A DNA stretch of 64,000 nucleotides from Takakia lepidozioides. Taxonomy: Eukaryota > Plantae > Bryophyta. The position numbers and the translations under genes were made by a program. Positions 1 through 12,205 of the stretch are shown here, one piece after another. The stretch is from the NCBI GenBank assembly GCA_030704615.1, contig CM060732.1:23684001-23748000 (forward strand), given 5' to 3'. The first letter of the stretch is position 1; every line of letters starts with the position of its first letter. Below the pieces are notes generated by a model, which was given only the letters and a program-made list of their open reading frames with translations, was not told where the DNA came from and did no database searches.

Positions 1-639
1 GTTGAGAGAGAAAGTAAATTTAATTTAGGTTGCCTTCCAATCTATGACCACATTCAAGAAGCAAAAGACAATCTAACCCTCGCTGAGGTTCTTTAAGGGT
101 TAAGCACAAAACAAACGGCAGTCCTTGACATCAGCTATAAAAGCAGCTTTACAAAGAACGTGATAGTACAAAGAAACACAATTTCTTCATGTCAGCTTTT
201 GTATTCCAAGTTTTGATCAATTACAGAACAAAACCTCCAATGCGCAATCAGCTACATGCAAACTTCAAAGCAGCCCCTCTCCGGACTACCATGTGCTTGA
301 GAACTCCACATCGATTGAACTTTTAATATACGCATACAAAAACAGATCTTGCCAAGTTGTCTGTTGGTCTTGAACATAAATTATAATTCACCGCATGGGC
401 AATTTCAACCAGGTTGTCCCCCTCATGCGTCGTCTTGTTGAGCCGGTACATTCCCCTTTCTATCATATTGAGCATCGGTTATGATGGTCTATACTTAATT
501 TGTTCTTTTTTGGTTAGATAATTCATAAATTTCTCCCACTTTGATGCTGCATTTTGGGCTGTCTGCCAACCTTCCAAATGAGTGTTGTTTGTGCATCTGC
601 TAAGCATATTGTTCGTCCACAGCCGGTACTACAACTTGG

Positions 640-850
640 CATTAGCCACAAGCTTATCACATGTTTTCATCACGTCCTAAAGTTTGGCCTCAAGCTTGGA
701 TTTCAAATCCTCAAGCTTCGGTTTCAAGGTTCACCCCTTGAAATCCGCTTTCATTTCCTTCTTACACTGCTATGATAGCCATTCCCAATACCTTGAAATC
801 TCAATAAAACCTTGAAAATTTTTAAAACCCTAACTTTAGAACCATGAAGT
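640..850 (+). repeat. Dispersed repeat, second copy at ~37660-37895
   Basis: Shared blocks such as CATTCCCAATA-CTTGAAATCTCAATAAAACCTTGAAAA..AAAACCCTAA and CAAGCTT-GATTTCA-ATCCTCAAGCT occur in both places. Confidence 0.7.
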
Positions 851-2018
851 AATTGACAGGTATCTATAACAATTGGCCCAGTCTTGTATCCCTCGATGGA
901 ACCTGTACATCATAGTAGAGATTTTAAAATTTGATGATGATGTGAGCTTTTTGTCACCTCGTTACGACAAACTTTTAATGTCCTATTGCAATACGAGTTG
1001 CCCATTTCATCACTTTATTGCATTGACACTTTATTACATGAAAGTGGCGTCTGCTGATCGATGACGCTTGTATCCCTTTCGCCAGATCGTACACTATTTG
1101 AATCATTCAATTCGGTGCTTATACAAGGCTCAGATTCTAGTTTTTTTACAATCTCACTACATGCCAAATTCCTGATCAATCTAGTAGAGACTTCTAAAAA
1201 CACTCGAGCAACATGTACCATCTCCACTTCCCGCGATCTCATCATACGTTTCCAGATGGAACTCTTTCCAAATCCATTCCACTGTTTTTTAACCAGTACA
1301 ATCCAATTGGCAGAAGGAAAATATTGATCAGACGTCATCATATGGAGGAGAACACGCAGCAGCGTTGAATTCAATTGCCCTCTCATTTGTATTTGCACCA
1401 CATACGTGCTCTCTCCAAAACATTTTGGTGTGAGAGGTAAACATTTGTTTTTCCGACGTAGGCACCAAACTCTGTATATTCATCCCTTCCATCTTGCACC
1501 TCCCCATCGCAAACGTTCACGTAGACGAAGCGAAAATCTGGTTCGTTCATGTCTTTCAGACATTACCCAATCATGCCAATATATGTGTGTAGGCCTTTGC
1601 CTCGTAATAGCTTGCACTGCACATAATGCCCGGCTGGTGCAGATTTTGGATTGTCCCACCCTAAAGCGTTTTTAATTTGTTTGTTCAGCATAATCAAACT
1701 CGAGACGTGAACTTTACACACCATTTGTAAATGGCCATGAAACAAAGTCCCTCCTCTCTCTAGTGAACAAACACCTGACATGCATCGTGTTCCTAGAAAA
1801 CGTTCCATTTTTTAGAGACAACCTGGATCAATGTCTGCTCCTGCTACCGCTATAGTGACGCTTACTTCAAGTATTTTTTTTCCTAGGCGTCTATTTGCAA
1901 TGGCCTTATCTCTAGCCAACATTTTCATGGACTCAATTTTTACAGGACCTGCGTCGACACCTTCTGTATGACCCTTTCTCACCATGATTGCTATCCAGTC
2001 GGTAACCAGTCGCTCAGT

Positions 2019-2600
2019 TCAGCGATACCTCACTCGTTCTGATCGCCCCTCCGGCCTCCCGCACACAAACACGTCTCTGGACTGTGCAAATTTGAACAAC
2101 GAGTTAACACTCTCCAATAATGGCACAATACATGGCATGGACAGAATGGTTTCCACATCCAACAACAAGGCAAGATTGACCTTGGCACTTGCAACTGATC
2201 CACTGTCTTGAGACATCTTCACAATCAGCGTCTTGTACTCCGCGGCTGCCCTCTTCAAAGGCTCCAACATACTAATCCACCGGGTCTTCACATTACGCAA
2301 GATTTTGAGTCCCTCTGTTTCCACAATCTCAGCAAGCTTAGTAAATTCAAGATGGCGTTTTGGAGAGCTAGAGAAATACCTGTACAACGTAGTGAGCAAG
2401 TCCTCCATCTTTGAAACCATGGGTGCTTGCACAGTCTGTTTTGTGGCTTGCAAAACAATTCTGTGTATGCTGTCAGCCATCTCCCAACCTGCATTGTCCG
2501 ACCAATGCTTGGTTGGTTATCAAGAACTTTCAAAAAGGCAAACAAAGACTGTGAGGCCTCGAAGTCAGTCATTGGGCGCCTTTGCTGCAACAAGAGAGAA
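2019..2600 (-). mobile_element. hAT-superfamily (ZNF862-like) transposase remnant, internally deleted
   Basis: ORF 2019..2480 contains LYRYFSSSPKRHLEFTKLAEIVETEGLKILRNVKTRWISML, the hAT/ZNF862-type 'SPKR...TRW' block. An overlapping frame (RPMTDFEASQSLFAFLKV) continues upstream. Frameshifted and truncated. Confidence 0.75.
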
Positions 2601-2949
2601 TTAGAGCAAATTGTACCAACTTCGAAGGTTGGATAGTGCAGCCCCTAAACCAACTCGTTGTTTCCCACAAGCTGCATAAACCCTCATACATTTACCACAA
2701 ACAAAGAACCAAAGGCTGTGAGAGACTTATCTGATTCTGAACCAAGTCAAAAGGCGGAAGAGACCGCATCGACAGCCTGAAGTGCTTCCTTCTCCGCGGC
2801 TCTCCTGCTCCCAACTTTGGCTCCATGAAGATCCAGAAATCTTGCAAAATCCCTAAACCACTAATCCAAAATCCCCCACAATCCACATACGCCCCTAATC
2901 ACTCTCTATACATAACTAATCACTTCTCTACATAACTCCTGGGAACGGC

Positions 2950-3085
<136 letters not shown>

Positions 3086-4729
3086 TTACAGGGCACCATC
3101 TAACATTCTCTTTCATGTTTACAATCTCATTTGAATACCCAATTATATTTTAGGGTCTCTGAAAAAACAGGGCGGGAGGGTGGGATTCCAGGTCATTCGT
3201 ATCATGAAAGCACCATAGTACACATCATCATCTCAAGAATCCATTTTAAACTCATTTCAAAAACCAGATTGCAGGTTTGGTTTGAAGATGATGTTTTAGA
3301 ACCAAGATATAAGCAAGATTCTTAAAAAGGAAGAAGAAACAACAGTATGGAGCCCCCTTAAGCAGGTATAGGCCTAGAATGGTATTTTAAGGCCACATAA
3401 AGTAGTTCTGCCAAGGTGAAAGAGCAGCTCAGAAACCCCAGTTTGTTATCAAGCCATGAAACCAAAATGATATGAGGGCCTTGAAGAATGTGTGTGATCT
3501 ATCAAAGCCTATCCTTTTGATCCATCATAGTCATACCAAGAGTTCTCATTTCAGAGCCAAGTATCAAGGCAGTCAAAGTAATAACTGCTATTTTGTATCC
3601 TTGTATCCTTCATAGCTAAACTCCTACACATGCAAATGTGGTTGTAAAAAACCACAAACAGGGGTAAGGAGAGAAGCAGATCCTTATTGGAGCAATCTTG
3701 GAGCAGGTCTGAAGCGGCATGGTGGCAGTTTGAAACAGCAGATGGCATCAGCAGCTTAGGCAGCAGCAGTATCCACACTTGCAAGAACAGGAACTGCAAG
3801 CTTCAAGAAATCAAGACAAGTGAAGACCCTTACCTGTGCCCGTCCCAAAAACCACCACATAGCGATGTGTGTTAGTGAGGATGCAGCAGGTAAGTGGCAG
3901 GTCTTCACAGTTGCTATCCATGTCAGTGTTGAATTCTAAAGCAAGTATAGATCACAATTCAAGCAATGGTAAACTCAAAAAACCTTGAGTGTTTGTGGTA
4001 TGCCTTGCGCCATGGCGTCCAACAGATTGTCTCCAACAGAACGCAGTCAGAGTAGAAGCGTTCACAGCTAGAGTGTGGCTCATACACAAAGAGAGAGCAA
4101 CAAGTAATCTGTAGATAAATAGGGATAGAGTACTTCCCAACAAGGAGTAAAAGCGCCGCTGCAAAATAAAGAACCATGAGTTCCTGATCAGAGCAATCAC
4201 GGCTTTGTCGTCTGCCATAGAAGAATCTGTTTAACCACCACTGCGCATCCCAAGAGCCAGCAATCACGAGTACCATGTAGCAGCAGGGGAGCAGGTTTAT
4301 ACGGCGCATCATCAAGGTTCACTGAAGCACGAGTTTAGTGCTTGAAGTGTGTCGGCCTGCTTAGGGCAAAACTGCCCGATTTTTCATCCAGGATGGATGA
4401 AAATATCACATTTTACCAAGATAGGCATTTTGTCACTGGATGACATCCCATAGCAATGTATCTTTTAGGGTTATGGTATAGGTTTAGGTTTAATAACTGC
4501 CATCATTTATGATGGTAGTTTTATTATTCTCTTGGATTTTATAATAGGTAACCATTATTTATGTAGATCATCCAGTTTAGATGAAAAAAATAGGTGGTAA
4601 CTCTAGCTTTTTGTATATTAAGTTTCATCATCCAATAAAATAAAATCATCCAGATTTGGATGAAAAAGGCAGGGATGAAAAACTAAATAACCTCAAAAGG
4701 ATAAGGCCAGATGAAATCCAAAGATTTAT

Positions 4730-4744
4730 AGAGGGAGAGGGAGA

Positions 4745-4792
<48 letters not shown>

Positions 4793-4921
4793 ACCTTGCG
4801 GCTATTGCCCTCTGTGGGGGCTGGGCCCTATAATAAACACTCCGGACACCTAATAACCAAGGGTAGTGCCCCATAAGAGTGAACTAAGAGAGAGAGATAG
4901 AGACAGAGAAGACTCCGGCAG

Positions 4922-4957
<36 letters not shown>

Positions 4958-5080
4958 ACCTTGCGGCTATTGCCCTCTGTGGGGGCTGGGCCCTATAATA
5001 AACACAGGTGTCCGGTTGGACACCTAATAACCAAGGGTAGTGCCCCATAAGAGTGAACTAAGAGAGAGAGATAGAGACAG
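4730..5080 (-). repeat. Tandemly repeated LINE 3'-UTR modules separated by (GA)n tracts
   Basis: Units 4791-4925 and 4955-5098 are near-identical to each other and homologous to the 3' UTR of the adjacent element (5110-5190). Confidence 0.8.
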
Positions 5081-6312
5081 AGAAGACTCCGGCAGCCGAC
5101 GTAACTAAGAGCCACTTCACTTGCGGCTACTGCCCCTTTTCGGGGGTAGGCCCTATAAGAAAACAAGTGTTATGCAGGACACCAAGTAACTAGGGGTACA
5201 TAGGGTGCCCAGGGGGTACCCTGGGTATCTAGAGTATCGACGTAGATTTGGATTCATGTTGTCATTTGTTGGTAATAATAGTTGTGAGGGATCGGAGTGC
5301 CGTGAGGTGGATTGCTTTGAAACACTTAGGAATGGGGGGATGGGGATTTTGAAGTTGTCATGTATAGGGTTGATACTGGCATTATGTATGCCGCCTCTAG
5401 TACTGGCAGAAATGACGGTTAGTGGGCCGGTGATCCAGCCTCTACGGCGGATTGCAAAGATGAGCGGGGCATATTTTTGTCATTTTTCCACGATTGAGTC
5501 ATTGGGGTAGCGATCATTACAGTATGTAAATTCGATGAAGTAGATGGTGAGTTGTGGAGATGGTGTAGTGGGTGGTGGGGTGTTAGTGGGTAGGCCTTGG
5601 ACAAGGAGAATATCAGGGCAGAGTCTAGGGGTAAGTGCATGGTGAATGGGTACACGTACATGGGAGGAGCTACGATGGTACAGTGTGGTCTGGTGGTCGG
5701 CCTTGGTAGGTGCCGGCGTTAATGAGTGAGAACCACCTGGTTCAAGCGCGGTACAGAAGGAGTTTATGGATGTGCCAAACTGCGTGGTTGTGACGAGTGA
5801 TATGAAGGGCATGAATGATTGGATGGATACATTGGCTAAGGAGGTGTGGCCAGGTGTCGCGTTCATGATGGGTATTTAAGCATAGTGGGCAATATGGGGA
5901 TGGGAAAAGATGTGGCTAGAAGATGTGTTTACGTTGGTGGCCCATATATTGGGCGTACCTGAATTTGAGTGTTTGTCGGATTTGTGCATCGGTAGTGGCT
6001 TTGGTGTGCCAGAAGTGGTTTGATAGCTTATGATGGAGGACCGTGGACTGGGTCCATTTCTGAATGTGGACTTTGATGTGGCTAATAGATGCTACAGCTT
6101 GTTTGTTTGCTTCACGGGTCATAGTCGTCATAAGATTACGGATTGGTTTGGATGCGGGGGGGTCTGGGACTGGGTGTATGAACCAAAACGGGTGGGTATG
6201 AGCGATGTGAATAGGGTCATCGGTAGGGTCCACTATGGATTTAGAGGTGTCTGTCTAAGCAAGTAGATCCGTAGCCTCATTACCTTTAATGTCAGTGTGC
6301 GATTGTAGCCTA
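5081..6312 (-). mobile_element. 5'-truncated Dualen/RandI-like non-LTR retrotransposon (RNase H end, CCHC finger, RLE endonuclease), degenerate
   Basis: Minus-strand frames give LQSHTDIKGNEATDLLA (RNase H C-terminal motif), LSNHFW..LKFRYAQYMG, CPLC..HLLSQC..ITRHNHAV (CCHC plus RHN) and PDILLVQG..IYFIEFTYCNDRY..KYAPL (PD-(D/E)xK). The element ends in GCCGGAGTCTTC followed by a TC-rich tail. Confidence 0.75.
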
Positions 6313-6459
6313 TGTCCTCCCCGGTTGGATCTTGTTTCTCACACTGATTTTCAGGTTTTAATCTGAACATTGAATTGAAGCAATATGTATGTCTACTACC
6401 ATTAGTACGTTTGTCAAATTATGCATGCTTAGAGAGTTCGTTTGTTTCATTTGTCTTTA

Positions 6460-7430
6460 GAATTCATCTTTGGCCACTGCATCTGAATTGGTCAAATTGT
6501 AAATTGAGAATGTAAACTCAACAGAACCGTGGCTGGAATTGCAGGTTGAGATGGCATTGGATGACGTAGTGGATGGAGCTGTCCTCAGCCTTCCTGAAGC
6601 ATCCGTTGAGCTCGAGAAAAAGTTGCCAGCTGTGCTAAAGAAGAAGAAGAAGAAGAAGAAGAGGACGATGGCATTGGATGATGTAGGTGAGGGAGCTGTC
6701 CTCAGCCTTCTTGAAGCATCCGCTGAGCTCAAGAAAAAGGTGGCAGCTGCAAAGAAGAAACAAAAGAAGGTAAAATTCTCAATATCCAATAGGTTTCTCT
6801 ATCCGAATCGTCCGGCAATGCCATCGGGTGCTGGCCTACTCTCGAAACTATTATCAAATGCAGTCTTCCTTGGATCTGAATAGTGAGGTGAATATGCAGC
6901 GATGTGGTTGCGTTTTCTCGAGAAAATGTAGAAAGCCAGAGTGGACTTCAGCTGAGGATGATCTTGTGATCTTGTCTGGAGTAGGATATGATCAATGACG
7001 GAGAAGGAGCTGGACCTGCTAGTTCGGCGCCTCCGCCAATGAAATCTTCTACAGAGACTGAGCTGCTCAAGAAAGTGGCGATGTTGGAGAGCCTTCTCAA
7101 ACAGCAAAGGTACTAAAGCACCCTCTTGCTTTTCTATTGTTTGGAATTTTTTATTACTTGTGATCACAGCTAATTCATTTATGTGTTCCCTGGCAGTGAG
7201 AATAAAGAGAATGTGATGCCTTTAAAGACATGGAGCGTGTAGTAATGCAAGCATTCGGAACCCATGACATCAACACGATGTATGGGAAGTTGACAAATTT
7301 CATGCGGGGTGAGAATAAGAAACACGATAGAGAGGTTTTCAAGGGCATCAAGGCGTTGAGCACTCGTGAGAAAGTCGTGAAGGTTGCTGAGCACTTGTTG
7401 AGCGCTTGAAACAGGTCCCTGAAAGCCACT
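6460..7430 (+). pseudogene. Unidentified spliced gene fragment with an internal tandem duplication
   Basis: AG/GT-bounded coding-like blocks. MALDDV.GAVLSL.EAS.EL.KK is repeated at 6551 and 6668. In-frame stops are present. Confidence 0.4.
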
Positions 7431-8190
7431 GAAAATGGTCATTGATGGGAAGAGTAAGAAACCCTTTGGTCGAAGGATCAAACATGGATTGGGCTTCTGT
7501 TGTGAAAGGGGATCTTGAAGAGCCTCAAATGGATGAGACAATGTACCCTCTATTCTTTCCCTTGAAGCTGGACCAACCTTGCCAAATAGGTGGAAGTTGT
7601 GGCTGACGAAATTTTGAAGTCCTTTCAGATCTCCATTACAGATCCTCAAGGGAAGCCCTCCTACAGAGGGTGATGGATTTTAGACCATGATGAATAAGGC
7701 CACAGAGGGATGTTGCTTTAAAATGAACTAGCTGAAGCACAACACAAATGTAAGCTTCGTCATTTTGACAAACAAGTAAACTGATGGTCTTGTAAGAACT
7801 TTCCTAAGTAACTTTCATTTTAAAGGTAAGTTCCACAACACAACTGAGGCCTCCCTAGTGATAGAGGGTGCAATTCTCCTCTTCCTCAAAATATCCCCCA
7901 CGTTTCTGCTAAATCTCACTTGGGCATGGAATTTTTGGCCACATGTCTATCACAGCTCGCACAATCCAATGAGTATATCAATAGATCTTTCTGTGAAAGC
8001 CAAACTAGAAGGATGCATTGTGTGGATTGATGGGAGCAGTAGGAAGTGCTGGATTTCAGAATATGCCTCTCTGGAAAAGACATTTAGAAGCTAGCTTTGA
8101 GACAAGAGGGTACTCAACCCTAAACTTCCATAGCAAGCAGTCAAGTGCATGTATATACATTCTTCTCAAAATTATGGTTTGTTGATACAG

Positions 8191-9222
8191 ACCTGATGGC
8201 AGTGTGAAAGAGTTTCTGGTGGAGTTGAAGAGCACAGGCCTTGGTTCATTGCCTGGCACAGCCGCTGAAGTATGATGCTGCTCTATCTCTGTTTATCCTG
8301 TCCGGCTCTGTTTGTCTGACTTGCACTGTATGGAGTTTATGTGCCAAGATTTAACCCAACATTCTCTCTTGAACCATCCTTGTGCAACAGTGGTCCCTTC
8401 TGCCAACTAGAGCATATAGTGCTACCAGAGTCTTGAGTGAAACTTACAGCCTTCAAGGAGTATCTTGTCAAAGTTGTGCAGATGATGAAAATTCTTAGAG
8501 CTAGAGTAGGTATTCGTGTAGAGACTATGATCCAGGAACCAATTTGTGTGCACAGATTCTGGATGATGAGGTGCGAAGTGTGTTGTGTCCCCACAAAATC
8601 AACACCGAGCAGTGGTTTGAGGTGTTTCTCCTCTCTGAAGTGCTTGCCCACAATGAAAAGTAGGGGAAATGTATACTTTGTTGCTTGCCATGTGGGGTTT
8701 AGATAGAGCAGGGGGGAGAGTTGGGAGGGAGACAACAATAGCTCAATAATGGTTTATAGAACAGAATGCTTGCTCCATTAATTGGACTTACATTCGAATA
8801 AAATTAGATTAGGTATTCCAAATGTCTAAGGATGCTCTGATTGCAAAGAGATCAAAATCTTTGGAAAGTAACTTCTTTTAACAAATGTTGACAATTGGTG
8901 TTTCTTGGGGCAGATTATGGAGACAACACATAGTGTAGGACTACAAACCACGTCCACCATTATGTTTGGTCACCTGGATCGCCCTCACCATTGGTATACA
9001 TTGTTTCACATTGTGGCATTGTTGTCAAGTTCCAAACGTGTCATGTCTTTATCTTGATGCATTCCTTGGAAGGTCCTGTAAGAATTTTAAAAAGGTATGT
9101 CTCCAAGAGACAAGACAAGTATCTTTCAGACATTGATATTTTTTGGAAGTTATTTAACCTCAAAATTGGAACGACCTGGAGGATTCACAGAATTTGGGCC
9201 ACTGCCATTTGTTCATATGGAA
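8191..9222 (+). pseudogene. cofH: Intron-containing fragment of FO (8-HDF) synthase, CofH-like radical SAM domain
   Basis: Exons read SVKEFLVELKSTGLGSLPGTAAE (8191-8269), ILDDEVRSVLCPHKINTEQWFE (8556-8621), IMETTHSVGLQTTSTIMFGHLDRPHHW (8914-8993) and GGFTEFGPLPFVHME (~9178-9222). They are collinear with CofH/FbiC motifs PGTAAEILDD, TIMFGH and GGFTEFVPLPFVH. GT-AG boundaries are present; both gene ends are missing. Confidence 0.85.
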
Positions 9223-9880
9223 GTGATGATCCCTTCCAATGTTACTGCTCATGGATGTGCAACGGACAGGATAGTGACCACACTTTTCTGTACTACCTTG
9301 GTAGCCAACTGCATCTTGTTGAAATTCCCTGACCCTCTGCTCATGAACGTCGTTTTCTTTACAGGAGGGAAAGTGCTTTACACAGGTGGTTGACAATGTG
9401 ATGTGTAGTAAAAGCAGCAAAGAGCTTGATCAAGCGGTTCATGTGAACGGGGAGAATGTATCGTCCTTGGGTTTTTCTCTTGGGTTCTGCAACACATCTT
9501 GTAACATGTTTGTGTTTGAATGGAACTAATGGAATCTGTTTGTGTTTGAAGACATCACCTTTACAGTTTAAGGTCTGCAGGTCTAAAGGTAATGGCTGGG
9601 GTGGCTGATTGGTTTGTTGCAGTCAGTGGAGTTCAGTAAAACTGTGAGTCTTTAACTTGGAGAGATTAGTAGTCATGATTCCTGCTTCCCAGGCTTCCAT
9701 TCTTATATAATCATAGATTCAAGTGTACACAGCACCACGCTCGTAAGAATACACTATTTGAATGAGTTGAAGGTGTGATCTATATCACAGGTACAGTCTC
9801 TTTCATCCTTCACCAGCACTGTTAGCAAATCTGTGTTCGTGCAAGATGTGCCTTTATGTGCCTTGCCTTCATTTGTGCAG

Positions 9881-9958
9881 GGAGCAATGCTTACCCACTA
9901 CAATCTGATTCAACGCTGTTGGAAGTACAATGGGCGCCATCCTTTACCCTACAGATGT
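9881..9958 (+). pseudogene. Single frameshifted exon of a long-chain acyl-CoA synthetase (LACS6/7-like)
   Basis: TGCAG|GAMLTHYNLI-(frameshift)-NAVGSTMGAILYPTDV|GTAAG resembles the LACS GVVLTHGNLIANVAG...SDV segment. No neighbouring LACS exons were seen. Confidence 0.65.
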
Positions 9959-10387
9959 GTAAGGGCACTCATTGCTTGGTTTTCATTCCATAACTAAATC
10001 ATTTCAAGTGCCCATGTGTTAAATGCATCAGCACACCCTGTCTTGGGGTGATTCTAGTAACCAAGTAGTGAACTGCGTGTTTTGTGGGCATATTTTATTA
10101 ATTGTGGGGGTTCGTCTTTGTTTTTAGGGCAGGGAGGAGGTGAAGGAAGGAGATGGTAGCGTGAGTGCTGCAGTCACCTCTTGCTAGCTCCTTTGTGACT
10201 TTCAGCAGTTGTTCATGTGCTAAGAAGGGATTGTACAAGGACCTCAACTATGCATTGTATGGCGGACCTCAATAGAGGCAGCTGCAGTAACAATAGCCTC
10301 TTGGCCTTTATTTTAGCTTATGTGCACTGCACATCAGAGACAAACTGCATATGTAGGAAGCAAGGGAAGTTGCTATATATGGACACC

Positions 10388-10660
10388 AAAAGTGTATTAT
10401 AATACCATCAAAAGAAGTACCTGGAAAGTGTATCACAAGACCATCTGGAATATCAAAATATCATGTGGAATATCAAAAAAAGTGCCACCTGAAAAGTGTA
10501 TTATAATGCCATCTGGAATCTCAAGAAAAGTGCCACCTGGAAAGTCTATTATAATGCCATCTGGAATCTCAATAGAAGTGCCACCGGAAAGTGTATCATA
10601 ATACGGCTCATAATACCATATGGAGTTTTTAAGGAAAGTGCCACCTGGAAAAGTCCACTA
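10388..10660 (+). repeat. ~42-47 bp minisatellite, ~6 units
   Basis: Repeated AAAGTGCCACCTGGAAAGTGTATTATAATGCCATCTGGAATCTCAA. Confidence 0.85.
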
Positions 10661-10854
10661 AATTTTGAAAAGGATGTTCGGACTTAATTTCCCTGGTGTC
10701 CAATCAGGGAATGGTTCAATTTGCAAATCCCCTACTTAGTTCTAAATATCAGGCAATCTTCATAGCAATTTTAAACTAATTTCCACATTGGAATTTGACC
10801 AAACTTCCCTGTGTTCACGAATACACTTGTGATTTAGGGTTTACGCGTGACAGA

Positions 10855-12205
10855 TACACACTAATGTTAGTACATGTATATCGTCAGAAAACGAATCGTA
10901 CTTCTTCTACAATTTGGATTGAAAAAATCAATTATCCTCCAATTATCGAGATACAAAATATACGTTTTCTGTTGTGGCTGGTCTGGTCTAGGCTAGTCTG
11001 CGCTCTGTGAGAGCTGTGAGCATATCATCAGGTTCAGGGATCCGAGTGCCAAGAGGTGTAGCTACGCTAACCTTGAACAAATCCCAGTCTTAGAAAGGGG
11101 CCCGGAATTGATCGGTTTGGGAGCTGTGTCCTAGTGGAAAGCTCTTGGATAGTAACTAGTTTTCCTACCTAGGTGTATAATTAGAATGGGCCTGCGTTGT
11201 GGGATGAGGCAGACCTGGCCGAGGGCGGTCGACTTTTACCCAAACCCATTCAGCACGTTGAGCTACGTTAAATCCTCCAGACCCAATTTGAAGTGCAGGT
11301 ATTCCTTGATTTGTTGCCGCCCGCCGTGTAGTATTAAAAGCTGCAGGATCTTGCGGCAGTGTTGCAGGATGAGGGAAGGGCTGCACTCGTGGTGTCCATC
11401 GATTGTAATCAGGGATAAATCCTGGCCCGTAACCGCCCTGGTTTATCATGGGGGAAGGTGGGTCTTCTTGCAATCTTGCTGCAGGACGAGGATGTGGGAG
11501 CACCCGCTCATGGATCATTGAGCGACGTGCAGCATGATCATAAGACAGCTGAAATCCCGAGGAACCCCGTGGGTGGGCAGGTTCGGTATCTGCCGCTTGA
11601 TCAGTTGCAGGATCAGTGCTAAGTCCTTGCTGCCAAGCTGGCTCCCATGGAACCAGGTGAATAACTGGAAGCGGGTGCATTGGCTGCATCACTTGGTCAC
11701 CCACGTAATGTTGATTGCACAACCCCGAGCCTGTTCCAAAACCATAGAACGCACTGGATTAATCTCAACTTGAGGCACAGGAGCTCGTAAGGACACAAAT
11801 GCCAAATTGAACAGAGATCTAGACTGACATCTGGGATGTGGGAACAAAGATAGAATAAATCATGGGAGAAAGCCTTCGGGAACTGACACTACCTTCTGAT
11901 CCTGGTGGAAAGCGCGCCAGGGTAGCTCTCTGCCAGTCCTCGAACGTCACCATCTGCCGGCTCGCATTTGCTGACTCTTTTGGAAAGCGTTCGTAGTGAA
12001 ACAAAGAAAAGTCCTGGCCGGGCTGACGCTTACCCACCTGTGCTGCAGGCTGCTCCTCCATGAGACAGACCGATCGAGAGAAGGAGGGAGAGAGGCAGGC
12101 AGATCGATGAGGCGAGGGCCGTGTGTGGAGCCTGCAAACGAGTGCGGTTATATAGCAAGTACGTAGCGCAGCCTCCACGCTCTGCCTCGGCCGTCGCGCT
12201 GCCTC
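10855..12205 (-). pseudogene. Copy 1 of a duplicated uncharacterised P/Q-rich multi-exon gene, probably truncated
   Basis: ORFs 11819..12178 and 11165..11722 align with 14317..14730 and 13706..14204. Introns and flanks are also shared. Confidence 0.55.

Noticed and set aside
8191-9222. Bacterial HGT/contaminant, or a complete FO synthase gene
   Set aside because: Spliceosomal introns are present; the CofG domain, CxxxCxxC motif and C-terminus were not found in the window.
10388-10660. CRISPR-like regularly spaced repeats
   Set aside because: The intervening sequences are themselves repeated, there are no cas genes and the context is eukaryotic. It is a minisatellite.
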